Source: Gracilinanus agilis (Eukaryota). From it: a stretch of 64,000 nucleotides of DNA. Below are positions 49,538-63,500 of the stretch, piece by piece (within the stretch, counting starts at the first letter, position 1; the number at the start of each line of letters is the position of its first letter). A model generated the notes under the pieces. That model ran no database searches. It was given only the letters and a program-made list of their open reading frames with translations, and was not told the origin of the DNA. The stretch is from the NCBI RefSeq assembly GCF_016433145.1, contig NC_058132.1:123313319-123377318 (forward strand), in the 5' to 3' direction. The translations under genes were made by a program, and so were the position numbers.

Positions 49538-49780
49538 GGAGAGGTTCTCAACCCAGGGGAGTCCACAGATTACACCATGGGTTGGTAGGAAGATTTCTGA
49601 TTCTGGGAACTTGGATAGAGGGGAAACAATTTTTATCTTCACTCATCTTCAGTTTCCTCGGGAATCTTATGTATTCTTTTATGCAACTAAAAAGATTATT
49701 CTGAAAAGAGGTCTGGGAGCTATGTTATCCTGCCAAAGGGGTCTCTGATATTTAAAAAATGAAGAACATTAATATTAGCA
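49538..49780. mobile_element. Old hAT-Charlie-type MITE (same family as 31754-31943)
   Basis: gaggttctcaacccagggg...aaaagattattctgaaaagaggtc...ctgccaaaggggtc. Confidence 0.7.
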
Positions 49781-51091
49781 ATATGTCCTCCCGGCTCCTC
49801 ATGGAGGAAGGGATAACACAGTTCATTCACATCATCTCCTTTACCCAGAGATTGGTATGGGAACTGAAATGTTCTCATGGGGATCATTTCAGGTCTACAG
49901 AGGCTGGCCAATTAAGTTGACATAGTAGCTAATCATCAAGATGTTCATTTCTTTCCAAAAGACTGCTGATTACTTCAGAACAACCTCTGAAATTTGAGTA
50001 CAAAGCTGTCCATAAAATAACTGCAAAGTTCAACTGCATTGCTCACATTCTTGCCAGGATGCTACTAGAGGTTTTCAGTAACAAGTGGCATTTTAAGGAA
50101 TGGCCTGGCACTATCAAAATGTCTGCATCTGTCTCATTTCACCAGGGAAACATGCAGGATTCTTTGGGAAGACCCTTATCTCTTACATATTATTGCCTTG
50201 CACACAATCAACCTTTTTTGGTGTTAGGAATAACTGAGTTTAAACCTGCTCGCAGACACTTAGCTATGTGATCCTGAACCAGATAACCTCCACCTACCTC
50301 AGTTTCCTCACCTGTAAAATGAGGACAACAAAGCACTTACCTCCCATGATTGTTGGGAAATCAAATGAGATATAATTGTAAAGTGCTTAGCACAGTGCCA
50401 GGGCACATAGTAAGTGCTATGTAAGTATCAGCTATATTGTTGATGGTGGGGATGATGTTTTTAATCAAGTGGAATTGAATTTGTTTCAGTAATGAAGAGT
50501 GCTAGCCTAAATAGAATCTGCCTGAAGAAGGTTTTGGGAAAAGGTCTCTCTGGACCAGTCAATACACCTTTGTCACACACCCCTCCTGCTTTCTCATCCT
50601 AAACAGGCCATGGACCCTTTTGCTGAGGCTTGCCACTATACTCATTATGTAAGGGAAGAATACTGAACTAAATACCTATCTTTGAAGACTGACCCTAATA
50701 CTTCTTAGTTGGTCAAATCAGCTTCGGTTTCCTCATCAGTCAATGATATTAATAATACATAATAATCGCATCGCTAATGTTTACATAGTGATTATTATGT
50801 GCCAGGGTACAAAATTGTTATCTCATTTAATCCTCACAATAACCCTAAGAGGTAGGTGTTGTTATAATTATTATTCCCATTTTGCATAAAAAGAAACTGA
50901 GGCAAACAGAGGTTTGTTTTTTTTAAGTGACTTGACTAAGGTCACACAGATAGTATAGTATAGAGAGTGGGGGTCATATAGTTTTTTCTACAATAGGCAG
51001 TGTCTGAGGCTGGATTTGAACTCATATCTAACTGACTTCAGGCTTGGAACTGCCCTTTATCTAAGGATCTTTGTCAAGAAAGTTCATTTAA

Positions 51092-51511
51092 CTGGAGGAA
51101 TTCCATGTGAACTGGAATGACCTCCAGGAATTGATACAAAGTGAAAGGAGCAGAACCAGGAGAACATCATGCACAGAGACTGATACACTGTGGTAAAACT
51201 GAATGTAATGGACTTCTGTACTAGCAGCAATGCAATGACCCAGGACTATTCTGAGGGACTTATGGGAAAGAACTGTGGGAGTAGAAACACAGAAGAAAAA
51301 CATATGATCAATGATGTGGTTTAATGGGAATATGATTGAGGTTTTGATGTTAAAAGATAACTATTGCAGATATGAATAGCATGGAAATAGGTTTTGAACA
51401 ATGATACATGTATAACCCAGTGGAACTGTTCATCAGCTTTGGGAGGGGAGAGAAAAAGAGGGGAGGGAAAGAATATGAATCATGTAACCATGGAAAAATA
51501 TTTTAAAGAAA
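51092..51511 (+). mobile_element. 5'-truncated young L1 with TSD
   Basis: Perfect 13-bp TSD aaagttcatttaa (51079-51091 / 51512-51524); L1 3' sequence. Confidence 0.97.
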
Positions 51512-52418
51512 AAAGTTCATTTAAACTTTAAAGTATTGTACTAAATATAAGATCATATCATTGGCTGTTAAGAACCTAACCTCCCCTTCCCTGAGAGGAA
51601 ATATACTTAACAGTGTCCTTTTACCTTTGGGTAACTGCAAAATAAATAGAATCTCTGGGCTTTGTGGGCATCTTGCTGCAACTAAGACTAAGGGGCAATG
51701 GAGGAAAAGTCTGGAATAAGGTATGAAGTGTGGATATTTTTTGGAAGGCTTAGCTAAACATGCAATTATAAGAAAATGCTTGGTAAATGAATCCCTTCTT
51801 CCTTTTTTAAATCATCATGACAGTTCAATGAACATTTGTTGAGCTGAGTAGGGCTTAGCACTGTGCTAGAACTTTCAAGAGGAATGAAAAAAAAAGAACC
51901 TTGTGACACAGAAGTTATGCCATCAAGGAGCTATTGTTTCACTGGAAAGACTCATCACACAGGCAACCCTGAAACAATTCCAGAACTAAATAAGATGATC
52001 TTTGAATAAGAACCAAGGAACATGGTGTAGCCTGTAGTGCTTGAAGGAGATCAAATAATGGGCGTTTCCTCTGTCTTGAAGACTGCTAAAATATTTGTGT
52101 GTCCCTCCATTCCCAAGCCAAAAAAAAAAATAAATGAAAAAAATATTTCTGCTCTTGACTACTTTGCCATTCTGTTTATGCTCAGTGAGTCTGGCTCATA
52201 GTAAGCATCTAATAAATGTTTGTTTTTTGATTGATCAATTATTGATTTCTTGTTTTAGTTTTGACCAGATTTGACAGGAACACAGAAGGTCTAAAGTAAG
52301 ATACAGCCTTATGACCTCCCTAACAATTGACACACATGATGGGAAAAGATGGTTCCCTTTGGTACCCCACAAATGCTTCATTGACAACATGGAACACAGC
52401 ACAGTTTTCTCCTGCAAA

Positions 52419-52432
52419 GTTGTCATGGCAAC
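52419..52432. promoter_or_regulatory. RFX X-box
   Basis: GTTGTCATGGCAAC, 13/14 match to the palindromic GTTGCCATGGCAAC; CAGCTG E-box directly after. Confidence 0.55.
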
Positions 52433-54477
52433 ACCAGCTGCTTGTGAGATCATTGGAGATGGGGTCATAATGGTAATGCTGTTATATGTTTTACTTAGTA
52501 TAAGCTCCTTATTCAGTCAGTAAGAGAATTTACCAGAAAGCACAATTCTATAGGAAACCAGGCATTATTAGTCTTGGGAATTTATTATATAAAGGGAATG
52601 TAAGAGAGAGCTCAGGTAGCAAAAAAAAGGAAGCAGGGAGAAAGAGAATGCAATAGAATGAAAAGGGAAAGGAGGAGGAGGAGGAGGAGGAAGAGGAAGA
52701 TGCCTTGAGTATCTTGCATTGAGTAATTCTCTCAGTATAATATGCAAATAAATTCACAAGTTCTCCCTAGTGACTAAATAGAGTGGCAGGTCTTTTTAGT
52801 CTGGGCAGGAAGTACCAGTGATGGTGCCTGCCAAGCTTGATTCAAGAGATACACAAATTGATTGCTTTCCATTATCCATACTAATGGAAAAGAGGAGACA
52901 CAGATAATACCTCTGATACATTTTTAAAGTCCACTCACACACACATACACACACATGCAGAGTGAAAATGACTCATACAGTCAGACAGACACATGGTCAG
53001 GAAATTCCAGTCGGGCAAATGTTTTGGGTTGGTTTGTTTTTTTCTAGGCAGCCATTTGAATTTCCCTGATGCCTAACAGTGAATTTTTTTAAGTGGATAA
53101 CTAAATTGAGGATATTTCTGTTCAGCTGTCACATTTAATCAAGCTAAGAAGAAAGGAAATGAAATAATCTAAAATTCTCTTTTCTATGATTCTCCTGCTA
53201 ACACATGAGCAAATAACCACATAACAGTAAAAAAACAACAACAACAACAACAAAAAAACAGTTGAAAGGGAACTAAATGATGCCAGAGGACAGAGTCATG
53301 TACAGTTTGTGCCACTTGCTACTGGACCACCAATAGAGTTAACTTCTCTAAGACTCAGTTTCTACATCCATTAAATGGGAATATTAATACTTGTCTACTT
53401 TGCACGTTAGTTGTCTGTGGGTATTAAATCTGCATAGTAGTCGTATAAATAAAAATATGGAGTTTCACTTAATACTTGTGTGACTTCTGTATGCATCAGT
53501 TTACTCAGCAGAAAAATAAAAAAACAAGTTGTCCTAGGTGACTTCTCTAGTCCTTTTCTAGCTCTAAAAATATGATTCCAAGATCCTATGTTCTCTTTTC
53601 TTTAGTCACACTTTAAGAAAGTTATGTTGTTTCACTGCCATCTTTATAATCTGTTCTGATAGCAACTGTGGAAATGAATTATCCCTGATGGGGGCTCAAA
53701 GACAAGGAGAATGCTACTTGTATTACTGGGAAGGAATAGGTCCTAGACCTGAAAGAGTCCTCAGAGGCCAATTAGTCTAATTCTCATTTGCCATGTGAGA
53801 AAACCAAGGTGTCCAGAAGGTCACACAGGTAGTAAATGTCAGAAGTGGAATTAGAGCCCAGGTCCTCTGACTGGAAAATCAATGTTCTTTACACTTCAGG
53901 GTTTCTCCTCTGTCTCTACTTAGCCTTTCCTTCAGTCATGTGGTGTTGGGTTTGTTTGTTTTTTTAAATCTAGAGCCCACATGTTAGCTAAAACCAACTT
54001 ACCTGGCTTCCTTCTGCCTTTCTTTAATTTAGTTCAAGAACTTTTTCTTTTATGTTTGAATGGGTTTTCATTTCACCTTTTCATCTGTTAGTGTATGTGT
54101 GTATGATATTTATACACACATCCACATATTTCTATTTCTCTCTATGTGTATATGTATGTATGTATATGTACATATACATGTATAGATATATATATAGATA
54201 TATAAAATCTCAAGTAAACATTTAAGAAACTGCATTGGTTTTCCCGTGCCTTAATTCTATTCTCCCCTTTCTGTCTTTCTTAGCCATTACTTAAAATTGA
54301 CAAGATTGTTTTGTTTTTCCTTTTTGAATAAAGTTTACATTCAGCATTCTTTTTTCCAAAAAGGTATATATATTTTATGTATGTATATACATATACACAT
54401 AAACATATAAAATGACAATAATAATAGTGAGCATTTATATGAGACTTAGCATGTGCCAGGCACTGTGCTAAGTGATT

Positions 54478-54665
54478 NNNNNNNNNNNNNNNNNNNNNNN
54501 NNNNNNNNNNNNNNNNNNNNNNNNNNNNNNNNNNNNNNNNNNNNNNNNNNNNNNNNNNNNNNNNNNNNNNNNNNNNNNNNNNNNNNNNNNNNNNNNNNNN
54601 NNNNNNNNNNNNNNNNNNNNNNNNNNNNNNNNNNNNNNNNNNNNNNNNNNNNNNNNNNNNNNNNN
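54478..54665. other. Assembly gap (188 N)
   Basis: N run starting inside a MIR. Confidence 1.
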
Positions 54666-54933
54666 TAATTGATAAGATCCTTCCAGAATCCTAGTTCTTT
54701 GAGGAAGGAGCTCTAGCTACAGGAGACATGTACTAAGTCCAAGGTAAGGTCCTGGTACCTTTGTATTATAGAATCTACTGGCAAACTGCTGTGGCTTTGA
54801 GAAGCTGATTGAAAAGGGAGTCATGAAGAGACTCAGAATTTGTGGATCATTTGAAACCCCCATTTTTATTCTCTATAGGACATTACTTCAAGAATGATCT
54901 CAATCTAGTTTTGTTGACTGTAGCACATGTGTG

Positions 54934-55024
54934 TATACATAGGGCATCTCCAAAGTTTTAGTGTGGTTTTCGTTTTTAGTAAGCTTAAATAAACTGCATG
55001 AACACCTTGAGGATTCCCTATATA
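54934..55024. mobile_element. Decayed ~90-bp palindromic Tc1/mariner-like MITE
   Basis: Degenerate inverted arms tacatagggcatctccaaagttttagtg / catgaacaccttgaggattccctatata with TA flanks. Confidence 0.6.
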
Positions 55025-55035
55025 TCAAATATTAC

Positions 55036-56290
55036 TGTGTTATATAGAGAGAAGAATGGTCAAAGTCTGAGAGGCCTGTTCATAGTCATCTACCCATGAT
55101 AAAGGCATCTACCATGATAGCACTTGGAGCAAAGAATTGTTGGCAAAACTTTGATGCTCGTCTTGGCTTTTTAATGTTCTTACCCTCCCCTCTCCTTTTA
55201 GTTTGAATGGGCGATCCAAAGGATCTTGAGACAGTGAAAAAGACATGGAGCCTGAGACTCAGCATGCTCTGGGCATTTTGTTGAAAGACAGCCTCTAAAA
55301 ATGTTTGTGAAAGGGTACAGTTTGGCGGTCAGAAACTGCTGCATGTTTGAAAGGACTTTTTGACCTGTAGAGGTTTGGGATAGTGATGGCGAGCAGGAAT
55401 AAGTAAGAATTCAAGATGAATGAAAATACTCATGGTCTCAGATCAGCTAGGAGACCGTTTTGTGTTCCAAAAATGTTTTGCCCCTGGAAGTAAAGAGAAA
55501 AAAACCAAACATTCACAGCTAAGACACTGGGAACTGATAGTTAAACTTCTTATGGAGTAGCTGAAAGTTTTGCCCTAATCTCATACTGAGTGCGAGAAAG
55601 ACCTGCTTCCCTCACTAATAGAGCTAAAACTTATACATATGGGCTCAAAGCTAAAAGAAAATTGGCAGAGCCCACTCTTCCTTTTGTGGGAAAGAAGGAG
55701 CACTTCAGCTGAAGATTCCACCTGAGCCAAAAACTCAGAGCAGACCAGTTCCACAACGATGTGCCCAGTGGAGCGATGCCTACTCACGACAATGAGACAG
55801 GCTGAGAACCGCCCAGAAGAAAGTACGTGCCACGCGAGACATGCATAGGGAGCAGTGTGGTGGCATCAACAGAAGATCTTGGCTGCTCTGCAACCTCAGA
55901 GATGTGAGTTGCCCCTCCCTCATATGTGCTCTGGCCACATGTCTTCTTTAAACTCCCTCCCCACATGTCCTCCCCACATGTGCCCACCTGCCCACATGTA
56001 TTCCCTCTATGTGCTTCTTGACAATTTTCTCTTAGTAGGTCTACTCCTCCCCACTTTGGTATGTGTGTCTGTGGAAGAGTGTGTCCTAGGTCTGTGTAGG
56101 AAATAATATCGTTGCTACTTTTCCTACTATGCTATCATTAAATACCTTTGTTTTGAATTAATAGTGTAGATTGACTCATAAAAGTAAACAAATCAGTAAG
56201 AGTGGATATGGCCACAGAGTATCGTGGACTTGGGATTATTTCCTCCTGGGAGACCCAATTATAAGAGGGGATATACCTAGGCACTATATG
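55036..56290 (+). mobile_element. LTR-like segment (possible ERV LTR; boundaries unresolved)
   Basis: CpG-containing block with internal donor GAT|GTGAGT (55904), pyrimidine-rich tract, ATTAAA (56137-56142); no clean TG...CA plus TSD found. Confidence 0.4.
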
Positions 56291-57973
56291 ACTCTGTTAT
56301 ATATTATTTAGCAATATCATTTATGCTATAGTATATATGTACTTAATTGATATGTCTATGCTATAGTCAGAGAATCTCCATCTTGCAGGAAAGTCATAGA
56401 CACTCCATTTGGAAGAGTCATCTCTTGCTGTCTTTTCATTTTATGGATGGAAAGCTATAGCCCCAGAGGTGAAGTGATTTATCCAAGGTCACACTGGTAG
56501 AGAAGTGGGAGAATCCAGTGCCTTTGTTGTTTGTCCTTCCTTTTTGAAGAGGACCAATGATATTACAGGGTGATGTCTTGACTTTTGAGTGAAATGGATT
56601 TGCGAGACAGAGTTGCACAAAGTTGTCAGCTTCTCTTCCAGAGTCACTAAAATCTAGTGGCAAGACAAAAAGTCAACCAGTGATAGCCCAGGATGTAGTG
56701 CCTCAGTTTTCCTATCTGTAAAATGGGAATAATAATAGCACTTCTGTCTTCCTCAGTGCCCCCCATCTAGAAAATGAGTATAATAATAGCACCTATGTAC
56801 TGGGGTTGTGAGTATCAAATAAGATAACAATTGTAAAGTGCTTAGCACAATGCCTGACACATAGTAGGTGCTATATCCATCCGTGCTGGCTAACTACTTA
56901 TTTTTATATTCACAAACAACTAAATACAAAGTAATGTGAGTTTACTAGAGAAGTTCAAAGCAAAGTATTATGTGAAGTCCTGGAAAAGAAAGGCCATTAC
57001 CAACTAGGGCAGACTCAGGAAATGCTTCTGGGAGGAAGTAGCATTTGAAGAGGACTTCAAAGAAACCAAAGAGGTAAAGAGAGGAAGAAACTCTTGAATG
57101 GAATATATGAATGTTCCTCAAATCTGGAATGTATTCCCTCTTCAACTTTTAAAATCTCTATCTTCCTTGCAAGGCTCAGCCCAAACTACCATCTCATATT
57201 AAAATTACGAAATCCCTAATTGCTCCTACTCTCTGCCTCATCAAATAGCTTGTATCGATCAGTCAATTGACAAACGTTAGTTAAGCACCTACTATGTGCC
57301 AAAACACTGTGCTAGGCCCTGGGGGTGCCTATATCCTTGGATAGGCCTAGTGTCCCCACCTACCCTGAGTAGAGATCATTCTTTCAGAATCTATACTGTC
57401 TCATTTTCATTTTTGCAAACCTAGCACAGTGACATAATAGACAGTCAGCTATAGGACCAGGAAGCCCTGAGTTCAAGACCAGCTTTTGGCATATACTTGC
57501 TTGATCACCCTAAGCGAGGGTCCTTGGTGCTTCAACCAAGACTATTGATAAAGAGAGGATGCTGACCTGCATTGGGAGAAGTTTCTCCCTCCATGAGAGC
57601 AATTAGCTGAGTTTTAAAGCATATTTCTGAATCCACATCAGTGTTCTATCCATTGAGTCACTGAACTACCCTGGAACTCAGTTCCTAGTATCAAGTAACT
57701 CACATTCTAATGGGAAAGATGACACAAATGAGAGATTTCAGCTGCAAGTTAGATAGGAAAGTCCCCTGGCCCTTTAGGTGCCGTGTGACTAAGAAAGGAG
57801 AAGTTCAGTAAAACCAACCTAACAACCCATTTATAGTATCTGACTATATATGCAGTATTCCACGTGCACAGTCCCCCAACGGTGCATGGAGAGAAATAGA
57901 TTTTCTCAACTATTTTTCTAGGCAACATCGGTCTTATAATTACACAGCATCTGCCCTCAGAATACTTACTAGC

Positions 57974-58159
57974 ACTCTAAACGATCACTCTAGTGCAAAT
58001 ATCAATAATATGGAAATAGGTCTTGATCAATGACACATGTAAAGCCCGGGGGAATTGTGCATTGGCTTTGGGAGGGAGGTGGGAGGTGGGGAGGGAAAGA
58101 ACATGTAACCATGGAAAAATATTCTAAATTAATTAATCAAATAAATGAACTTAAAAAAA
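57974..58159 (+). mobile_element. Very short 5'-truncated L1 nested in a MIR
   Basis: TSD agaatacttactagc / agaatacttattagc (57959-57973 / 58160-58174). Confidence 0.92.
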
Positions 58160-59002
58160 AGAATACTTATTAGCCGTGTAACCTTGGGCAAGTCACCTAA
58201 CTTCTATTTTGCCCCAGTTTCCTTAACTGTACAATGGGGATAATAATAGCAGCTATCTTTCAGGGTTGTTGTGAGGATCAAATGAGATAATATTTGTTAA
58301 TACATAGCCATTCAATTTACTTTTATTGTTCTTTCAATTTTCATTGTAGTAATCATTACGTATATTATTTTCCTGGTTTTGGTTAATTCACTCTGCACCA
58401 ACAGTTCATATAGGTGCCATTTTAAAAAATGCTTCATGTATGTTGTACCTTATGGCACAGTAACATTCCATCACATCCATATATACAATTCCCTATATAA
58501 TAAAAAATAATAATAACGAACTTCTCATTAGCCTCAAACTCTCCTTTACGCTCATACTGAATCACAGAGTATGAGGGGACAAATAAGTTGTAAGAAAACT
58601 GGAAAGGCAGGAAGGGCTCAGATGATAGATCGTGGAGGGCTTCGAAAGCCAAGAGAGAATTTATACTTGATCCTGGAGGTAATAGGGAGTCATTTCTCTG
58701 TTTACATTACGAATTCTCTTAATACCACATCCTTCTTGTTCAGCAAAATCAACCGCCATGTCCTCCATTCCAACTCAACCTCAGCCTTAAAGGTGGCCAC
58801 ACTTATACTTCATCTGAAGCTACTGCACCTCAAAGATCCTAGCCTTGAAATTCCCCTTCCTGATCACAGTCCTCCCTCACCTTTACTTCAACCAGTATTT
58901 TTATCTTTTTTTTTAGAATTTGTTTATATAAATTTATTTAAAAATTTTATATAACATTTTAAAGTTTGCAAAGTACTTTATGTATGTGATCTTGTTTGAT
59001 TC

Positions 59003-60106
59003 TTTTTTTTAACATTTATTAATATTCATTTTTTAGAAAAGTTAACATGGTTATATGATTCATGCTCCTACTTTCCCCTTCACCCCCCCCCCCCCGCTCT
59101 CCCCCCATCCATGGCCGATGCACATTTCCACTGGTTTTAACATGTGTCATTGATCAAGACCTATTTCCAAATTGTTGATAGTTGCATTGGTGTGGTAGTT
59201 TCGAGTCTACATCCCCAATCATGTCCGCCTCAACCCATGTGTTCAAGCAGCTGCTTTTCTTCTTTGTTTCCTCTCCTGTAGTTCTTCCTCTGAATGTGGG
59301 TAGCATTCTTTTCCATAAATCCCTCAGAATTGTCCTGGGTCATTGCATTGCTGCTAATACAGACGTCCATTACATTCGATTTTACCATAGTATATCAGTC
59401 TCTGTGTACAATCTTCTTCTGGCTCTGCTCCTTTCACTCTGCATCAGTTCCTGGAGGTCTTTCCAGTTCACATGGAATTCCTCCAGTTTATTATTGCTTT
59501 GAGCACAATAGTATTCCATCACCAGGAGATATCACAATTTGTTCAGCCATTCCCCAATTGAAGGACATACCCTCCTTTTCCAGTTTTTTGCCACCACAAA
59601 AAGTGCGGCTATAAATATTTTTGTACAAGTCTGTTTATTTATGATCTCTTTGGGGTACAAACCCAACAATGGTATGGCTGGATCAAAGGGCAGGGATTCT
59701 TTTATAGCCCTTTAAGCATACTTCCAAATTGACATCCAGAATGGCTGGATCAGTTCACAGCTCCACCAGCAATGCATTAATGTCCCAATTTTGCCACATC
59801 CCCTCCAACATTCATTACTCTCCCCTTCTTTCATTTTAGCCAATCTGCTAGTTGTGAGGTGATACCTCAGAGTTGTTTTGATTTGCATTTCTCTAATTAT
59901 TAGAGATTTAGAACACTTTCTCATGTGCTTATTGATACCCTTGATTTCATCATCTGAAAATTGCCTATTCATGTCTCTTTCCCATTTATCAATTGGGGAA
60001 TGGCTTGATTTTTTTATACAATTGCTTTAACTCCTTGTATATTTGAGTAATTAGACCCCTGTCAGAGTTTTTTGTTATAAAGATTTTTTCCCAATTTGTT
60101 GTTTCC
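59003..60106 (-). mobile_element. Young 5'-truncated L1 (ORF2 C-terminal Cys-rich region plus 3' UTR)
   Basis: ORF 59712-59972(-): IIREMQIKTTLRYHL...CWRGCGKIGTLMHCWWSC. Confidence 0.97.
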
Positions 60107-60224
60107 AGTATTTTTATCTTCTATCTTCTCCTAATCCCTCACCCTGGTGATGACTTCAATCCACCATTAATCAATCAACAATTTTCTTCTGTGTTCACAT
60201 CCATACACTTCTCCTCACTCATTT

Positions 60225-60450
60225 CAGTCATGTCCAATTCTTTATGTACCCATTTGGGGTTTTGTTGGCACAGATATTAGAGTGGTTTCCTATTTCCTGC
60301 TCCAGCTCATTTTACAAATGAGGAAACTGAGGCTTAAAAGGTTAATTGACTCAACCAGGGTCACACAGTAAGAATCTGAGGACAGATTTGAATTCATCTT
60401 CCCAACTCCAGGCTGGTTATTCTGTCAACCACAGGACCTAGTTGCTTCTC
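60225..60450 (-). mobile_element. MAR1-type core-SINE
   Basis: tcatttcagtcatgtccaattc...ccagctcattttacaaatgagg. Confidence 0.88.
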
Positions 60451-61276
60451 ACGGAGCTCACAAACAAAGAAGGGGAAAAGACACCAACACAGCCATAATA
60501 TACATTATTACATGTTAACTGCATTATTGCTAGGAGTTAAAATATAAAAGCAAAGATGGTTCCAACCTTCATGGAGTTTACATCCTAATGGCAGGGAAAC
60601 AATACCTATAAAGAGATTGGGGAATGGTGGCTAGAGAAAGGCACTTTGGTCCAGAAAGTTAGTGTATGGTAAGTTGGAAACAATTGACACATCCCTTCCA
60701 GGAACAATGGTGGTTGATTTGATCATGGTTCTGGAATTTGATGGGAAAAATATATGGTAGCTACAGGCAAGGAAGTTGTCAAGCTTGTGGAGAAGATGGC
60801 CGAAAAGTAAGGAATGAAGTGAAGTTTGGCTATGGTCTTCTTGAAAAAGCAGGCTAGGAAAGGCAATCACCAGTCAGGAGGCAAGGAGGGTCTGGGGAGG
60901 CCTATCCTCAGATAAAAGGAGTAAAATCTCCAGAAAAAAAAAGTCTATAGAATCATCAGGAAGTCTATGAGATGGGGCTTTTGATGAATGGGAAATGCCT
61001 GAACAAAAGCAGATATATGAGAAGTGTGCTCTAGGAGCAGAGAGTTGTTTACTTTAGATGCACCATCTGGTGTTACTAGAATGTCCCCACATTTAAAAGG
61101 GCCTCAACTTTACTGTGGAGATAATGGGGAGCCACTGAGGTTTTTTGAGTAGAAGTATGACATGATCTAAGCTCAGAAAAAATTATTTTGTCAGCTATAT
61201 ATGAAGGAAGCATTTGAGGTGGAGAAAGAGTGCATGTGCTAAGAGGTCTTATTGTAATAGTCTAGGGGGATGGCAA

Positions 61277-61539
61277 TTTATTGTCCATTCATTTAAGTCA
61301 TGTCAGACTCTTCATGACCCACTTGGAGTTTTCTTGGCAAAATTCCTGGAATGGGTTGCCATTTCCTTTTCCAGCTCATTTGACGGATAAGTAAATGAAG
61401 GCAAACAGGGTTTGTGACTTGCTTAGTATTATTCTGCCAGTAAGCATATGAGACCAGATTTGAACTCGGGAGGATGAGTCTTTCTGAATTTAGGAGTAGA
61501 TTCCAGGCTTGGTGGTCTATCCATTGCACCACCTAGTGC
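61277..61539 (-). mobile_element. MAR1-type core-SINE nested in L2
   Basis: TSD ctagggggatggcaa / ctagggggatgacaa (61262-61276 / 61540-61554). Confidence 0.92.
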
Positions 61540-62104
61540 CTAGGGGGATGACAAAGAAGTGCCTAAAAGCAGATCCTGGCCCTAGTTGTGAATAAGGAGA
61601 TAAATGCTAAAGATATTGTAGAATTGGAATTTCTAGTAACTGAATGCAAAAAGTGAGGTAGAGGGAAGCCATAGGAGTGTGGATTTAGAGCTGGAAGGAA
61701 ACTAAGAGACCATCAAGGTCAAACCCTGTCCCCCAACCCTACCCCACCTCATTTTACATTTGAAGAATCTAAGATAGAGAATTTAAGTGACTTGACAAAA
61801 GTCATACAATTAGTATCTAAAGAAGGACTTGAAGTCAAAGCTTCTTACCTCCAAGTTCACTGCTCCAAACTACCTCTCAAAAGTAACTCCAAGGTTGAGG
61901 AACTGAGGGGTCAGTTTGCTAGAGTGATTAACAACATGAATGTATTGAAGCCCTCAAGGATGATGCCAGAGGATGGGGTGTCAGGGCAGACCCCAATCCA
62001 GGTACTAATCTTCTTTAAAAAATTGGAGGTCAATGGTGACTAATGAGGATGGAAAAGAATACTGCAAATAATTGAATAGATCTCAAAAGAGTAATTAACA
62101 ATTG

Positions 62105-62350
62105 AAAAGTGAAGATATGAAAGCATACTTTTTCATTTTATATTCCTTGCTTTTTCTTTGACAACATGGCTAATATGGAAATGTGTTTTATATGACTTCA
62201 CATGTATAATTAACATCAGATTGCTTATGTTCTTGATTGGTGGAGGAGGGGACAGATGTAAGGAAAGATATTGGGAGAGATGTAGGGAACGAATTAGTAA
62301 CTTAAAATGAAAAAAAAAGTTAAAATAAATGAATGGATGAATAAATAAAC
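62105..62350 (+). mobile_element. L1 3' UTR end
   Basis: tgaaagcatactttttc...aacatggctaatatggaaatgtgtttta. Confidence 0.85.
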
Positions 62351-62479
62351 AATAAAAAGGAAAAAAAAGAAAGATGGTGGTAGACAAATGATCTGGAATG
62401 GAAGCAGTCATACAACTGACCCAGTGATCACATGGCAATCCTTTTATTTATTTCTTATTGACTCTCTATCACAATACAC

Positions 62480-63500
62480 ATAGCTAATTTTGTAAACCTC
62501 CTCCTTAGCCAAGCCTTTCAACAACGTCCCATCTCTTCTCTCTCTCAGAAGATGGCCTCTACCTCTGCTTTACTGAAAATATTGAGGCTTTCAGTGATGG
62601 ATGACCTCATGTCCCCTCTCCTTCACACCTCAGAGCCTCTCTATATTTTTGCCCATTCTTCATTATTTTGAGAATCAAAGTGTTACTTCCCTTTGAGAAG
62701 GCTAACTCCTCTCTTTCTGTCCTTTACTCCATCTCTTCATGACATTGCTCCATCGATCATTTCCTTCTCTCTCTCTCATCTTCAATCTTTCCAATCTTTT
62801 TTGGATCCTTCCCCGATCTCTATAAAAATGCCCAGGTCTCTCCTGTCCTGAGAAAACCTTCCTTTGACTATAGTTTTCCTTTTAGCTAACATCCTATTTC
62901 TTCTGTTTACTGCCCAACCTCTAGAAAGAATGACAGTGTACACTTACTGCCTCTACTTCCTCACTACTTTCACTCTTCATTACCCTATAATCTGGCTCTA
63001 AGCTGAGGAAGAGGCTTGGTCCTGATTTGTTAGACAATTAGCGTGCATTGCTTAATAAAACAATATGCTCAGAAGATGGAACCTTTGTTTTCTTAGTCAT
63101 TTCATCTTTTGCTCACCACATCTGCTATCTATCTAAATGCTCCTCAGGTTCCCTTGCTTAGACCATCATTCATTTCTTTCCATTGAAGTGTAAGTTTCCC
63201 ATAAGGCTCTGTCCTCAATTTTTTTTTCTCTTTTTATACTCTTTTCTTTTGACACATCATCTTATCTACTTAGCTAAGTTCAATTATCCTGTCTATGCAG
63301 ATGATGCCTGAATCTATGTATCCAGACCTAATATTTCTCCTGACCTCCATCTCTGTAGCTCCAACTGCCACAGGAACCTCAAGCTCAAAATGTCCCTAAA
63401 AATGCTCATTTTTCCTATTAAATGTCTTTTCCCAACTTTCCTATTTCTGTTTGTTGATTTCCATCACTGTGGAGTTAATAAATCAGGATAGTCTCATTTT
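62480..63500 (+). mobile_element. L2 ORF2/3' fragments
   Basis: tcccatctcttc...tctacctctgctttactgaaaatattgaggc; atcctgtctatgcagatgatgcc (YADD-like). Confidence 0.75.
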
